Below are positions 1 to 12,593 of a stretch of 64,000 nucleotides of DNA, piece by piece. The notes beneath the pieces were generated by a model. That model was not told the origin of the DNA and made no database searches. It saw only the letters and a list, made by a program, of their open reading frames with translations. Positions within the stretch are counted from its first letter, which is position 1, and every line of letters begins with the position of its first letter. Source of the stretch: Felis catus (lineage: Eukaryota); contig NC_058368.1 of assembly GCF_018350175.1 (NCBI RefSeq), positions 54,748,001-54,812,000 of the forward strand, given 5' to 3'. A program made the position numbers and the translations under genes.

Positions 1-576
1 TCTATATATTTCTTCTTTCTGGGACACATCACACCTTCTAACTGTCCAATAAAATGTGGTGTGAATATTTATTTTGATGTTAATTTGTTTTCTACTGTGT
101 AGTTCCCCCCACCATTTCTACCCCATTCCAACATGGTAGCCAGTTCTCTGATGCTCTCATACTCTAGAGAATATTAATATTTAACAAGTTTTAACTTGTT
201 TAATGAGTTTTGTATAACCTTCTTTCCTGTCCTCTTCCCTTTCAATTCTCATTTGGTGGGACATTATCCACAAAATGAGAGAGTTTTGTTTTGGTTTTGT
301 TTGGTTTTTTCCTTAGAACATTTTTAGAATAGCAGAAAAGATGATAGATTTCTACCTTACCTCTTTTTTTCTTTTTTTGAAAGGTTATTGAGATCAGATA
401 GGCATGTGATATATCATTGACTCATGCCCTGTTTTATATTTACATCCTAAGGATTTACATCCTTGTGTAACTTAAGGATGTAGCAAGGCCTCAGAGGGGA
501 TGGTTGCATAATGCATCCAGGTAGGTTGGACATTAAGCTTCAGGGGCAATAAGAGCAGTCTAAAATTTTGTGCATA

Positions 577-792
577 GGGGCGCCTGGGTGGCGCAGTCGG
601 TTAAGCGTCCGACTTCAGCCAGGTCATGATCTCGCACTCCGTGAGTTCGAGCCCCGCGTCAGGCTCTGGGCTGATGGCTCAGAGCCTGGAGCCTGTTTCC
701 GATTCTGTGTCTCCCTCTGTCTCTGCCCCTCCCCCGTTCATGCTCTGTCTCTCTCTCTCTCTGTCCCAAAAATAAATAAACGTTGAAAAAAA
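577..792 (+). mobile_element. Young feline CanSINE (SINEC_Fc-type)
   Basis: tRNA-derived head GGGGCGCCTGGGTGGCGCAGTCGGTTAAG, (CT)n tract, AATAAA and A-tail; perfect 16-bp TSD TAAAATTTTGTGCATA at 561-576 and 793-808. Confidence 0.97.
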
Positions 793-2019
793 TAAAATTT
801 TGTGCATAATTGTTCCATTGAGGCAGTACTTTCCAAATTATTGCACAGGCCCCAGGGAGGACAAAGGAGTTCCAATAGTAACATTGGGTTTTCTAGCACA
901 CATGCAAGATTATAGCTCAAAGTGAAGTTTATTAGATTAAATTAAAAAATTAGAATTTGGTATTTATTTTGTCCCCCAGTTTACAGATTAAGATTCATGC
1001 CCTTAAGACTCAAAAGAGGCAGTGAATTGGTTGGTCATACATCCCAGGTATCATGGTTAGCAGTCATTCTTTCTTTGTCTCCTCCCCACAGGCTATCCTT
1101 TGAAGAGTTTCAACTAACTTGTTTGTTTGCTATAAGGCTCTGAAAACGTGGAATCTTTCCAGACGGCTCTTTTAAGCACCAAGTACTTCTTTCTCCCTTA
1201 AAATATGTATTTACTTTTACTCTTTCGTTTTCTATTACCTTTTTATGTCGCTAGGTCATATAAGTCTATTGCTATAGTTTTAAATTAAACCTTGATTAGT
1301 TAAGAACATTTTTTATCCTCCATATCCCTTGTTACTAGCCCTTAAAAATAAATCTAAAGCCATCTGAGTTTTCTCCCATATTTATCATTCCTCTTTATCA
1401 GTTATTTAATTCTACCAGCCTCTTATTTTCACACAAGTATAACAACTTCTTATAGCATACAAAGCCATCTGGCTAATGTGGACACAGAGAGTACTTTCTA
1501 TCTACCAGCATTTGCAAGATTTCTTTCAAAATAACATACCAAACTATTTTTAGTTAGTTCATCTTATTTTAATATGTTTTTTTTGGAATTAGGCAGATTT
1601 TTTAAAGGCATAATATATAATTATCTCCGAAATTTATACAAGTATTCAATATTCAAAATTTGATACCAAAAGAAACAAAAAAGAACGTGTCTTTTTCTGA
1701 GATTGAAAATTTGGAGTTTATGCAATTTTACATTTGCAGCATGTGAACGGAAACAATACAATGCCAAAGTCCTGACAGTTCTATTTCTTAGCAATTTTAA
1801 TTCTTATTAAAATTATAAAAGTATTATTTTGAAATTTCTTATGGGTTTGGTTAATATGAATCCATCCATGTTGAATATACATTTTTTTTGGATGTTAAAT
1901 ATATTTTTAAGTTGTTGCAAACTCCAGCTGTGAGAATAAAGGCAAGTATCTGGAACTGTACAATTTTATAAATGTCATCATTGGGAAAAATTAAAACTAG
2001 CATCCTATAAACAACTTGC

Positions 2020-2597
2020 ACTAGTCATCTATTTCTGTGTAGTATCTTACCCTAAAATGTAGCAGTGTAAATCAAGGACCATTTTTTATATCATAGTTTC
2101 TGTGTATCAGGAATCTGAGCAAAGCTTAGCAAAGCATCTCTCATTCAAGTTCTCATGTACTTGTCTCAAACTAACACCTAGGGCTACAGTTTCAGTTGAA
2201 GACTGGACTGGAAGAGGGTCTAATTCTGGGGCTCACTAACATGGTTGTTCACAGTACCTAGTCCTTGTGAGCTGTTAGACTGAGGGCCCTTTCCTCCTGG
2301 GCTACTGGACAAAGGCTTCCTCTGGTCCTTGCCATATAGACCCATCTACAGAACAAAATATGGTAGCTGGCTTCCCTTCCAGAAAGTGTGTATTTGAGAG
2401 ATACAGTGGGAACTAAGATGTAACATATAGGCTTTGTGTAACTTAACCTTACTAGGGACATCACAAGCTTCTGTCATGTTCCATTCATTAGAAGTATTAA
2501 TAAATCCAAACCATACTGAAGGGGGAAGGATTACACAGAGCTGGTAAATACAAGGCAGAGATCATTGGAGGCCGTCTTAAAAGATACCTACCTCACA
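2020..2597 (-). mobile_element. Ancient MaLR solo LTR (MLT1F/G-like)
   Basis: MLT1-type motifs (TTTCTGTGTATCAGGAATCTGAGC, GCTGGCTTCCCT, terminal ATCATTGGAGGCCGTCTT...CCTACCTCACA); degenerate, boundaries approximate. Confidence 0.7.
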
Positions 2598-5346
2598 ATT
2601 GTTAAAATTGTCTTTTGGTCAACTGTTGTGCATATAATGCAAAACCACAGATAATAATAATATCTTAAAGCAGGAAAGGTACATAGATTGTTGTATGATA
2701 CGTCACTGGATGTGTCACATAAAAAAAAAATTTTCTCAACCATACATAGATTTTTGACATCTTGTGGGAGTTTGGAGATTGGAGGAATGCTAGGGGTGGA
2801 AATATAAGTGTTGGAAATATTTGAAATTTATAAAAATTCTGAAATAAAATGAGTTGTGCAAAGTAATTCATAGTTCTGTTTTACTCAACCATTTTTATTA
2901 AGAGAGATTAAATGAATACCTACTACTGCCATATTTATGTTTGTGGAATTCTACAGTTTGGGACTTACAGACTCTGTAGCAAAAGAATAACTTTACCTTT
3001 AGAATTCTTTTTACCTTTGGAAAAATATTTATACTCTGATAATTAATCAGTGAAATATAGCTCCTTGAGACTATAAAGGATTTCGGGAATATTTTTAGTT
3101 TTAACAAACTGCATCACAAATTTCACACAAAAGATTTTGCTAAATTTTGTTGAATGAGTTAGTTACTAAAGAATGCTCAATGGACTAATTAATATGGTCT
3201 TCTAATTTTTCAGTTTATCTCAAAACAACTCTTCATGTAAAACTATTACAAACTTGTTTTTTCATATGATGAGATGGAGTCATATTTAGATTTTTTTTCC
3301 TTCTCCTTTTCCTGTAGTCATACAATTATTTATTTATTTGGGACTGGAGTCTGATTGTAAGTGATGATTTAAACATAAAATTGGCTAAATAAATATATTT
3401 TTTTCTGAACCATTACACAGCTGCCAGTTATTTTAAATGAATGTTTATAAATTTAGAATCTTACAAACAAACATATTTTTAAATTATTATTACACTGATT
3501 GTATTATAAGAGCATATACTGGCATGTAGACAAGAATATTACAGCCAAATTATCTCTGGATTGAAGTGTTTGGTGCCTGTCTAATGCTAATGGGCACTTG
3601 CTCTGGGCCCAGGATCTCCAAGTTCTGTAATTTTCTATGCAAATGAACCATGGTGAGTTACATAGCTTTAATACTTTGGTAGCCCTTTATTTGTCTGCAC
3701 TCAGAGACATAAGAAGTCTCTTACAACATGCTTGGATTTTTTTCACTGGGGGCCAAAGAACATATGTTCTCGCATTTACTTAGGAGTCTGATAGAATGGA
3801 GTTTTAACAAATATTGACAATACTGAGGCTTTTGGAGATCTGGTTCTAATGTTTTTGCCACAAAGAGTTTATTTTCTTTAGTTAAATACTATAAATTCAT
3901 TTAGGACTAGCACATTATAAATCTATAAGAGAAGACAATATAATATTTTAATAGGGAATAAACTACGTTTGTTGACAGGAAACATTTTTCAGTAATGCTT
4001 ATGTTGCCTAATGAAGGAGATATCGTTTTTATTACATACATGCCACCATTCAGTTTGTGGAGAAAGAAGCCTTGAGGATCGAACTGTTGTCCTTAGTTAA
4101 CTTAAGGCTATGATGTAAACGTGTAAGTTTCCCACACTTATCGTCAATTGATCCTTTCTCCTCCCAATCCACCTTCAAGTCCATTTATGTTCAAGATTTC
4201 ATATTTTCTAATTTGTCATCTTTTGGTGAATGCTTAATATGTTGAAAGAAGTAAGAAACATGACCCATTATTTGTAAATTTTCAAAACAGCAGAAAAACA
4301 AAACCAATTCAAGCCAAACAAACTGCTGCTAATGTTCTCTGAAATAAAAACTTTGCAATAATGACCATGACTTTTGTGCCTGTCATATGCAATGGCTTAT
4401 GCAACATCCTAGCACTAACCATGGCAACTAGAAGTCACTTGGTATAGATTCAAATTTAAATTGTTGGGAATATACACCTTGCTCAAAGATTGCCACAAGC
4501 CCTTTGAAGAAGCTAAGGTTACTGTTATGAATATAAATAAATAAGACCAGACTTTCAGGTGCTCTGGTAATTTTCAACATTCCTTGAGGACATCATGGCT
4601 GCCTGCCTTCCTCACTACAACTGACAGAAGACTTTCAGAATTTCCTCCTCCCCATTCCTAGATAATCATAAGAAATATTCTCTGGTCTTCTGTCAGGATA
4701 AAAAGTCAAAACATCTCAGTGCTTACTTTGTAATGGGTGTTACCTACCAACATATTTGCATTTCAAAATGATATTAAGTGATATTACAAATATCTTTACA
4801 AAAAAGAACTTTATCTTCTAATGGTAGACATTCAAAACTAGGATATATGGCTTAAGAGAGGTGCCACTCAAATTACATTAGAAACCATTCCTACAGTAGA
4901 GATCGCTACTACATTCCTTACTTCTAAAATGCCTATTTCACATGCACATGGGGAGAATGAGGCAATTTAACAAAATGGACAGGACTTGAAGTAACTTTTA
5001 AGGCATTTCTAAAAACCAGTCTGCACTCTGACATTTCAAAATTCAATTTTTGCATTATAATTCAGTTTCACCCATTATCGGTAAGAATATGGTTTCTGGT
5101 TTTGGATCCTGCCCTGGGGTTTGCTAATGTAACAAACCTTGGGCAGAATGCCTTTGCTTCCTTTCATTGCTACCAACCAGACTACAGTTCTGTTTCTTTT
5201 CCCCCAGAGAGAAACATATACTCCCTTACTAAGGTTCTATCTTAGTTTTTCCAAGAGTAAGAGTCTACTCCTGGTTTATCCTTTTGAATGATATTTCAGT
5301 GATATCTGTTTGTCTACCAGCTATCCCTTAAGATTCATCTTGAAAT

Positions 5347-5571
5347 GGGGCTCCTGAGTGGCTCAGTTGATTAAGCATCCGATTCTTGGTTTTGGCTCAT
5401 GTCATGATCTCACAGTTCATGGGATCAAGCCCCTGTCGAGCTCTGCACTGGCAGTGTGGAGTCTGCTTGGGATTCTCTGTTTCCCCCTCTCTCTGTCCCC
5501 CACCCCCACTCATGCTGTCTCTGTCTCTTTCAAAATAAATAAATAAACTTAAGAAAACAAAAAAAAAACCC
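5347..5571 (+). mobile_element. CanSINE
   Basis: Head, CT tract and A-tail; TSD AGATTC(A/C)TCTTGAAAT at 5331-5346 and 5572-5587. Confidence 0.95.
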
Positions 5572-6124
5572 AGATTCCTCTTGAAATGGTATGGTTGGAG
5601 AGCCATGTGTTATAGGATTACTATATTTTACTGCTGAGGAAGGTCATCTTAGCCTTTTCCCCAAAGTGTCATTGGAAAGGGATATCAGTTATCCATGCAG
5701 AAGCTGTGGATACCCAATTTAGTTCTCTCTGGATCACAAAAGATTGCCTATGAGCCATATATCATCTTACAAACTTTCTCCTTGAAACATGTGGCCATCA
5801 ACAAATACTTCCTGGCTTTGAATCTGCATTTTAAAACCTGTTTGAGGCCATGTGCTATGCATGCCTATTTTTCAAAACAGACAATCCACCTAGGGCCCTT
5901 AGCATCTGATATTTTACTAAATCATGTTAAAATTGCACACAGTAAGATACACATGTATTTATTCTATGATATTTAAAATTTTTAAATATATACAATTTTT
6001 AAATTTTCTTTAACAGAAAAGTATAAGTGGTAAATAACTGATGTCCCCCACCAAAGACAGAAAGAAGGTAGAGGAGTGTAAAGGCAGGAATTCTGGAGGT
6101 AGACGGAATTTGTTAAAATACAGC

Positions 6125-6211
6125 TCACTCTGGGAAAGTAATTTAAAGCACCTGAGTTTTAGTTTCCTCATCTATAAATCAGCATAATTATTCCTTACTT
6201 ACAGAGTTATT
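6125..6211 (+). mobile_element. MIR core fragment
   Basis: CTGAGTTTTAGTTTCCTCATCTATAAA resembles the MIR core CTCAGTTTCCTCATCTGTAAA. Confidence 0.65.
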
Positions 6212-6226
6212 AAAGACACTGATTAT

Positions 6227-6440
6227 GGGGGCACCTGGGTGGCGCAGTTGGTTAAGCATCCGACTTCAGCCAGGTCACGATCTCGCGGTCCGGGAGTTCG
6301 AGCCCCGCGTCAGGCTCTGGGCTGATGGCTCAGAGCCTGGAGCCTGTTTCCGATTCTGTGTCTCCCTCTCTCTCTGCCCCTCCCCCATTCATGCTCTGTC
6401 TCTCTCTGTCCCAAAAATAAATAAACGTTGAAAAAAAAAA
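6227..6440 (+). mobile_element. Young feline CanSINE
   Basis: Nearly identical to 577-792; perfect TSD AAAGACACTGATTATG at 6212-6227 and 6441-6456. Confidence 0.97.
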
Positions 6441-7556
6441 AAAGACACTGATTATGCAAAAAAAAAAAAAAAAAAAAAAGCACAGAAGAGTCACTTTTAG
6501 GGATCATAATGTTTATCTATTTTTACTTTCACATTCCCTAGACATTTTCATGATACTTTCACTGGGTAGGTAGGGTGCACTGTTTTAATCATTAGTAGAC
6601 ACATTTCAGGAGACAGCATTCAGAAGGGATGGTCAGCTAGACAGCTACTTTATGCTTTAGTGCTTATTATCCTGGAGAAGATTTCTCTTCCTCTCTTGCT
6701 CTGTCTCTCTCTCACCCACTGGATTAAATAGAAAACCACCAAAATTGTTTTCATTTTTGGTTTCCTCTTTCACGTCTTAAGAAATAACTTCCTATTCTAC
6801 TTCACATCAAACACTGACATTTGGGATGCCGAAACCATTACTTGTCACTCTTTTAGCTCCCTCCGCACATTCTGAAACAGTCCAGATCCATTTACTTGTA
6901 AGTAACAGATGCTTCCTATATTCCCTTCTGAGTCTTGCCTCCCCTGGCTTTTATATGATCTCTTCCTCTTTGAGGAAGAAAGCAGAACTTCCGACAGACC
7001 ACAGAAAGTCTCTGTACATCTGTTCCTGCCGGTTTTCTTACTTGGTAAATAATCTTTTGGAAGATATATGCTATAGCTTGCAAAGAGTATGACATTCTGG
7101 TAGACAGGCCTTATTTTGTTATTGACACATATGTATAGGAAAAAATAATTTAAAATGCAAATGTAAATTGCCAGAAGATCATATTTTTCAAACATGAGAA
7201 GTATCTCCTAGTGGCCTGATAAATCTACCCTTGTATAGGTGGCATTTCACTAAATCCTGAATATAAGAAACTTATTCTCATAATTTTACTTTATAAACAT
7301 ATTTCCCACAATTAAAGTATCCCAGATCATTTATGTTTAATTCAATTATTCTGAGAGTTTGGGTTAACATCCTCTTATTACAAACAAAATACAAACAAAA
7401 ACTTAGCTATTAGGTTTAACGGAAAAAGTCAGTCTAACTCCTTTCTTTTCACACCTGACTTCTGGCATTTTAAGTGTCTTTACAAAAATTTAAGGAATAA
7501 CAATATTCATCATATTACTGATCTATAGTGATTCACATATACATAGATGTAACATT

Positions 7557-7601
<45 letters not shown>

Positions 7602-7821
7602 TATATGAAATTTATTGACAAATTGGTTTCCATACAACACCCAGTGCTCATCCCAAAAGGTGCCCTCCTCAATACCCATCACCCACCCTCTCCTCCCTCC
7701 CACCCCCCATCAACCCTCAGTTTGTTCTCAGTTTTTAACAGTCTCTTATGCTTTGGCTCTCTCCCACTCTAACCTCTTTTTTTTTTTCCTTCCCCTCCCC
7801 CATGGGTTCCTGTTAAGTTTC

Positions 7822-10800
7822 TCAGGATCCACATAAGAGTGAAACCATATGGTATCTGTCTTTCTCTGTATAGCTTATTTCACTTAGCATCACACTCTCC
7901 AGTTCCATCCACGTTGCTACAAAAGGCCATATTTCATTTTTTCTCATTGCCACGTAATATTCCATTGTGTATATAAACCACAATTTCTTTATCCATTCAT
8001 CAGTTGATGGACATTTAGGCTCTTTCCATAATTTGGCTATTGTTGAGAGTGCTGCTATGAACATTGGGGTACAAGTGGCCCTATGCATCAGTACTCCTGT
8101 ATCCCTTGGATAAATTCCTAGCAGTGCTATTGCTGGGTCATAGGGTAGGTCTATTTTTAATTTTCTGAGGAAACTCCACACTGCTTTCCAGAGCGGCTGC
8201 ACCAATTTGCATTCCCACCAACAGTGCAAGAGGGTTCCCGTTTCCCCACACCCTCTCCAGCATCTATAGTCTCCTGATTTGTTCATTTTGGCCACTCTGA
8301 CTGGCGTGAGGTGACAACTGAGTGTGGTTTTGATTTGTATTTCCCTGATAAGGAGCGACGCTGAACATCTTTTCATGTGCCTGTTGGCCATCCGGATGTC
8401 TTCTTTAGAGAAGTGTCTATTCATGTTTTCTGCCCGTTTCTTCACTGGGTTATTTGTTTTTCGGGTGTGGAGTTTGGGGAGCTCTTTATAGATTTTGGAT
8501 ACTAGCCCTTTGTCCGATATGTCATTTGCGAATATCTTTTCCCATTCCGTTGGTTGCCTTTTAGTTTTGTTGGTTGTTTCCTTTGCTGTGCAGAAGCTTT
8601 TGATCTTCATAAGGTCCCAGTAATTCACTTTTGCTTTTAATTCCCTTGCCTTTGGGGATGTGTCGAGTAAGAGATTGCTACGGCTGAGGTCAGAGAGGTC
8701 TTTTCCTGCTTTCTCCTCTAAGGTTTTGATGGTTTCCTGTCTCACATTTAGGTCCTCTATCCATTTGGAGTTTATTTTTGTGAATGGTGTGAGAAAGTGG
8801 TCTAGTTTCAACCTTCTGCATGTTGCTGTCCAGTTCTCCCAGCACCATTTGTTAAAGAGGCTGTCTTTTTTCCATTGGAAGTTCTTTCCTGCTTTGTCAA
8901 AGATGAGTTGGCCATACGTTTGTGGGTCTAGTTCTGGGGTTTCTATTCTATTCCATTGGTCTATGTGTCTGTTTTTGTGCCAATACCATGCTGTCTTGAT
9001 GATGACAGCTTTGTAGTAGAGGCTAAAGTCTGAGATTGTGATGCCTCCTGCTTTGGTCTTCTTCTTCAAAATTCCTTTGGCTATTCGGGGCCGTTTGTGG
9101 TTCCATATGAATTTTAGGATTGCTTGTTCTAGTTTCGAGAAGAATGCTGGTGCAATTTTGATTGGGATTGCATTGAATGTGTAGATAGCTTTGGGTAGTA
9201 TTGACATTTTGACAATATTTATTCTTCCAATCCATGAGCAGGGAATGTCTTTCCATTTCTTTAAATCTTCTTCAATTTCCTTCATAAGCTTTCTATAGTT
9301 TTCAGCATACAGATCCTTTACATCTTTGGTTAGATTTATTCCTAGGCATTTTATGCTTCTTGGTGCAATTGTGAATGGGATCAGTTTCTTTATTTGTCTT
9401 TCTGTTGCTTCATTGTTAGTGTATAAGAATGCAACTGATTTCTGTACATTGATTTTGTATCCTGCAACTTTGCTGAATTCCTGTATCAGTTCTAGCAGAC
9501 TTTTGGTGGAGTCTATCGAATTTTCCATGTATAATATCATGTCATCTGCAAAAAGCGAAAGCTTGACTTCATCTTTGCCAAATTGGATGCCTTTGATTTC
9601 CTTTTGTTGTCTGATTGCTGATGCTAGAACTTCCAGCACTATGTTAAACAGCAGCGGTGAGAGTGGGCATCCTTGTCGTGTTCCTGATCTCAGGGAAAAA
9701 GCTCTCAGTTTTTCCCCGTTGAGGATGATGTTAGCGGTGGGCTGTTCATAAATGGCTTTTATGATCTTTAAGTATGTTCCTTCTATCCCGACTTTCTCAA
9801 GGGTTTTTATTAAGAAAGGGTGCTGGATTTTGTCAAAGGCCTTTTCTGCATCGATTGACAGGATCATATGGTTCTTCTCTTTTTTTTTTGTTAATGTGAT
9901 GTATCACGTTGATTGATTTGCGAATGTTGAACCAGCCCTGCATCCCAGGAATGAATCCCACTTGATCATGGTGAATCATTCTTTTTATATGCCGTTGAAT
10001 TCGATTTGCTAGTATCTTATTGAGAATTTTTGCATCCATATTCATCAGGGATATTGGCCTGTAGTTCTCTTTTTTTACTGGGTCTCTGTCTGGTTTAGGA
10101 ATCAAAGTAATACTGGCTTCATAGAAGGAGTCTGGAAGTTTTCCTTCCCTTTCTATTTCTTGGAATAGCTTGAGAAGGATAGGTATTATCTCTGCTTTAA
10201 ACGTCTGGTAGAACTCCCCTGGGAAGCCATCTGGTCCTGGACTCTTTATTTGTTGGGAGATTTTTGATAACCGATTCAATTTCTTCGCTGGTTATGGGTC
10301 TGTTCAAGCTTTCTATTTCCTCCTGATTGAGTTTTGGAAGAGTGTGGGTGTTCAGGAATTTGTCCATTTCTTCCAGGTTGTCCAATTTGTTGGCATATAA
10401 TTTTTCATAGTATTCCCTGATAATTGTTTGTATCTCTGAGGGATTGGTTGTAATACTTCCATTTTCATTCATGATTTTATCTATTTGGGTCATCTCCCTT
10501 TTCTTTTTGAGAAGCCTGGCTAGAGGTTTGTCAATTTTGTTTATTTTTTCAAAAAACCACCTCTTGGTTTCGTTGATCTGCTCTACAGTTTTTTTAGATT
10601 CTATATTGTTTATTTCTGCTCTGATCTTTATTATTTCTCTTCTTCTGCTGGGTTTAGGCTGCCTTTGCTGTTCTGCTTCTAGTTCCTTTAGGTGTGCTGT
10701 TAGATTTTGTATTTGGGATATTTCTTGTTTCTTGAGATAGGCCTGGATTGCAATGTATTTTCCTCTCAGGACTGCCTTTGCTGCGTCCCAAAGCGTTTGG

Positions 10801-11649
10801 ATTGTTGTATTTTCATTTTCGTTTGTTTCCATATATTTTTTAATTTCTTCTCTAATTGCCTGGTTGACCCACTCATTCGTTAGTAGGGTGTTCTTTAACC
10901 TCCATGCTTTTGGAGGTTTTCCAGACTTTTTTCTGTGGTTGATTTCAAGCTTCATAGCATTGTGGTCTGAAAGTAAGCATGGTATAATTTCAATTCTTGT
11001 AAACTGATGAAGGGCTGTTTTGTGACCCAGTATATGATCTATCTTGGAGAATGTTCCATGTGCACTCGAGAAGAAAGTATATTCTGTTGCTTTGGGATGC
11101 AGAGTTCTAAATATATCTGTCAAGTCCATCTGATCCAATGTCTCATTCAGGGCCCTTGTTTCTTTATTGACCGTGTGTCTAGATGATCTGTCCATTTCTG
11201 TAAGTGGGGTGTTAAAGTCCCCTGCAATTACCACATTCTTATCAATAAGGTTGCTTATGTTTATGAGTAATTGTTTTATATATTTGGGGGCTCCGGTATT
11301 CGGCGCATAGACATTTATAATTGTTAGCTCTTCCTGATGGATAGACCCTGTAACTATTATATAATGTCCTTCTTCATCTCTTGTTACAGCCTTTAATTGA
11401 AAGTCTAGTTTGTCTGATATAAGTATGGCTACTCCAGCTTTCTTTTGGCTTCCAGTCGCATGATCAATAGTTCTCCATCCCCTCACTCTCAATCTAAAGG
11501 TGTCCTCAGGTCTAAAATGAGTCTCTTGTAGACAGCAAATAGATGGGTCTTGTTTTTTTTATCCATTCTCATACCCTATGTCTTTTGGTTGGTGCATTTA
11601 ATCCATTTACATTCAGTGTTATTATAGAAAGATACGGGTTTAGAGTCAT
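7822..11649 (-). pseudogene. L1 ORF2 (APE endonuclease, reverse transcriptase, C-terminal Cys domain), disrupted
   Basis: Motifs GDFN, SDHN, QGCPLSP, FADD, CWRGC/HCWWEC; premature TGA at 11569-11571; +1 frameshifts in T runs near 11555, 10245 and 9880. Confidence 0.96.
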
Positions 11650-11699
11650 TGTGATGTCTGTATGTTTTATGCTTGTAGTGATGTCTCTGGGACTTTGTC

Positions 11700-12593
11700 T
11701 CACAGGGTCCCCCTTAGGATCTCTTGTAGGGCTGGTTTAGTGCTGACAAATTCCTTCAGTTTTTGTTTGTTTGGGAAGACCTTTATCTCTCCTTCTATTC
11801 TAAATGACAGACTTGCTGGATAAAGGATTCTCGGCTGCATATTTTTTCTGTCTAGCACCCTGAAGATCTCGTGCCAATTCTTTCTGGCCTGCCAAGTTTC
11901 AAAAGAGAGATCAGTCACGAGTCTTATAGGTCTCCCTTTATATGTGAGGGCACGTTTACCCCTTGCTGCTTTCAGAATTTTCTCTTTATCCTTGTATTTT
12001 GCCAGTTTCACTATGATATGTCGTGCAGAAGATCGATTCAAGTTACCTCTGAAGGGAGTTCTCTGTGCCTCTTGGATTTCAATGCCTTTGTCCTTCCCCA
12101 GTTCAGGGAAGTTCTCAGCTATTATTTCTTCAAGTACCCCTTCAGCACCTTTCCCTCTCTCTTCCTCCTCTGGGATACCAATTATGCGTATATTATTTCT
12201 TTTTAGTGTATCACTTAGTTCTCTAATTTTCCCCTCATACTCCTGGATTTTTTTATCTCTCTTTTTCTCAGCTTCCTCTTTTTCCATAACTTTATCTTCT
12301 AGTTCACCTATTCTCTCCTCTGCCTCTTCAAGCCGAGCTGTGGTGGTTTCCATTTTGTTATGCATTTCGTTTAAAGCATTTTTCAGCTCCTCATGACTGT
12401 TCCTTAGTCCTTTGATCTCTGTAGCAAGAGATTCTCTGCTGTCCTGTATACTGTTTTCAAGCCCAGCGATTAATTTTATGACTATTATTCTAAATTCCCT
12501 TTCTGTTGTATTATTTAAATCCTTTTTGATCAGCTCATTAGCTGTTGTTATTTCCTAGAGATTCTTCTGAGGGGAATTCTTCCGCTTGGTCAT
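11700..12593 (-). pseudogene. L1 ORF1 (coiled coil, RRM, CTD); 297 codons with a single nonsense at codon 13
   Basis: Starts MTKRKNSPQKNL; CAG>TAG at 12555-12557; RNNIRIIGIPE and YPASLSF motifs in frame. Confidence 0.95.

Noticed and set aside
568..786. Recurrent ~70-aa ORFs (GAPGWRSRLSVRLQPGHDL...) at 568, 6225, 57560 and related ORFs in other SINEs
   Set aside because: Translations of CanSINE copies; recurrence reflects repeat identity, not a gene family.
1060..1175. Strong splice-acceptor-like site (TCTTTGTCTCCTCCCCACAG) as an exon start
   Set aside because: All three frames stop within about 30 codons and give no recognisable protein.
8660..12396. Plus-strand ORFs duplicated in both L1s (118, 141, 98 and 111 aa, etc.)
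   Set aside because: Antisense shadows of L1 ORF1/ORF2, shared by descent, with no independent evidence of coding.
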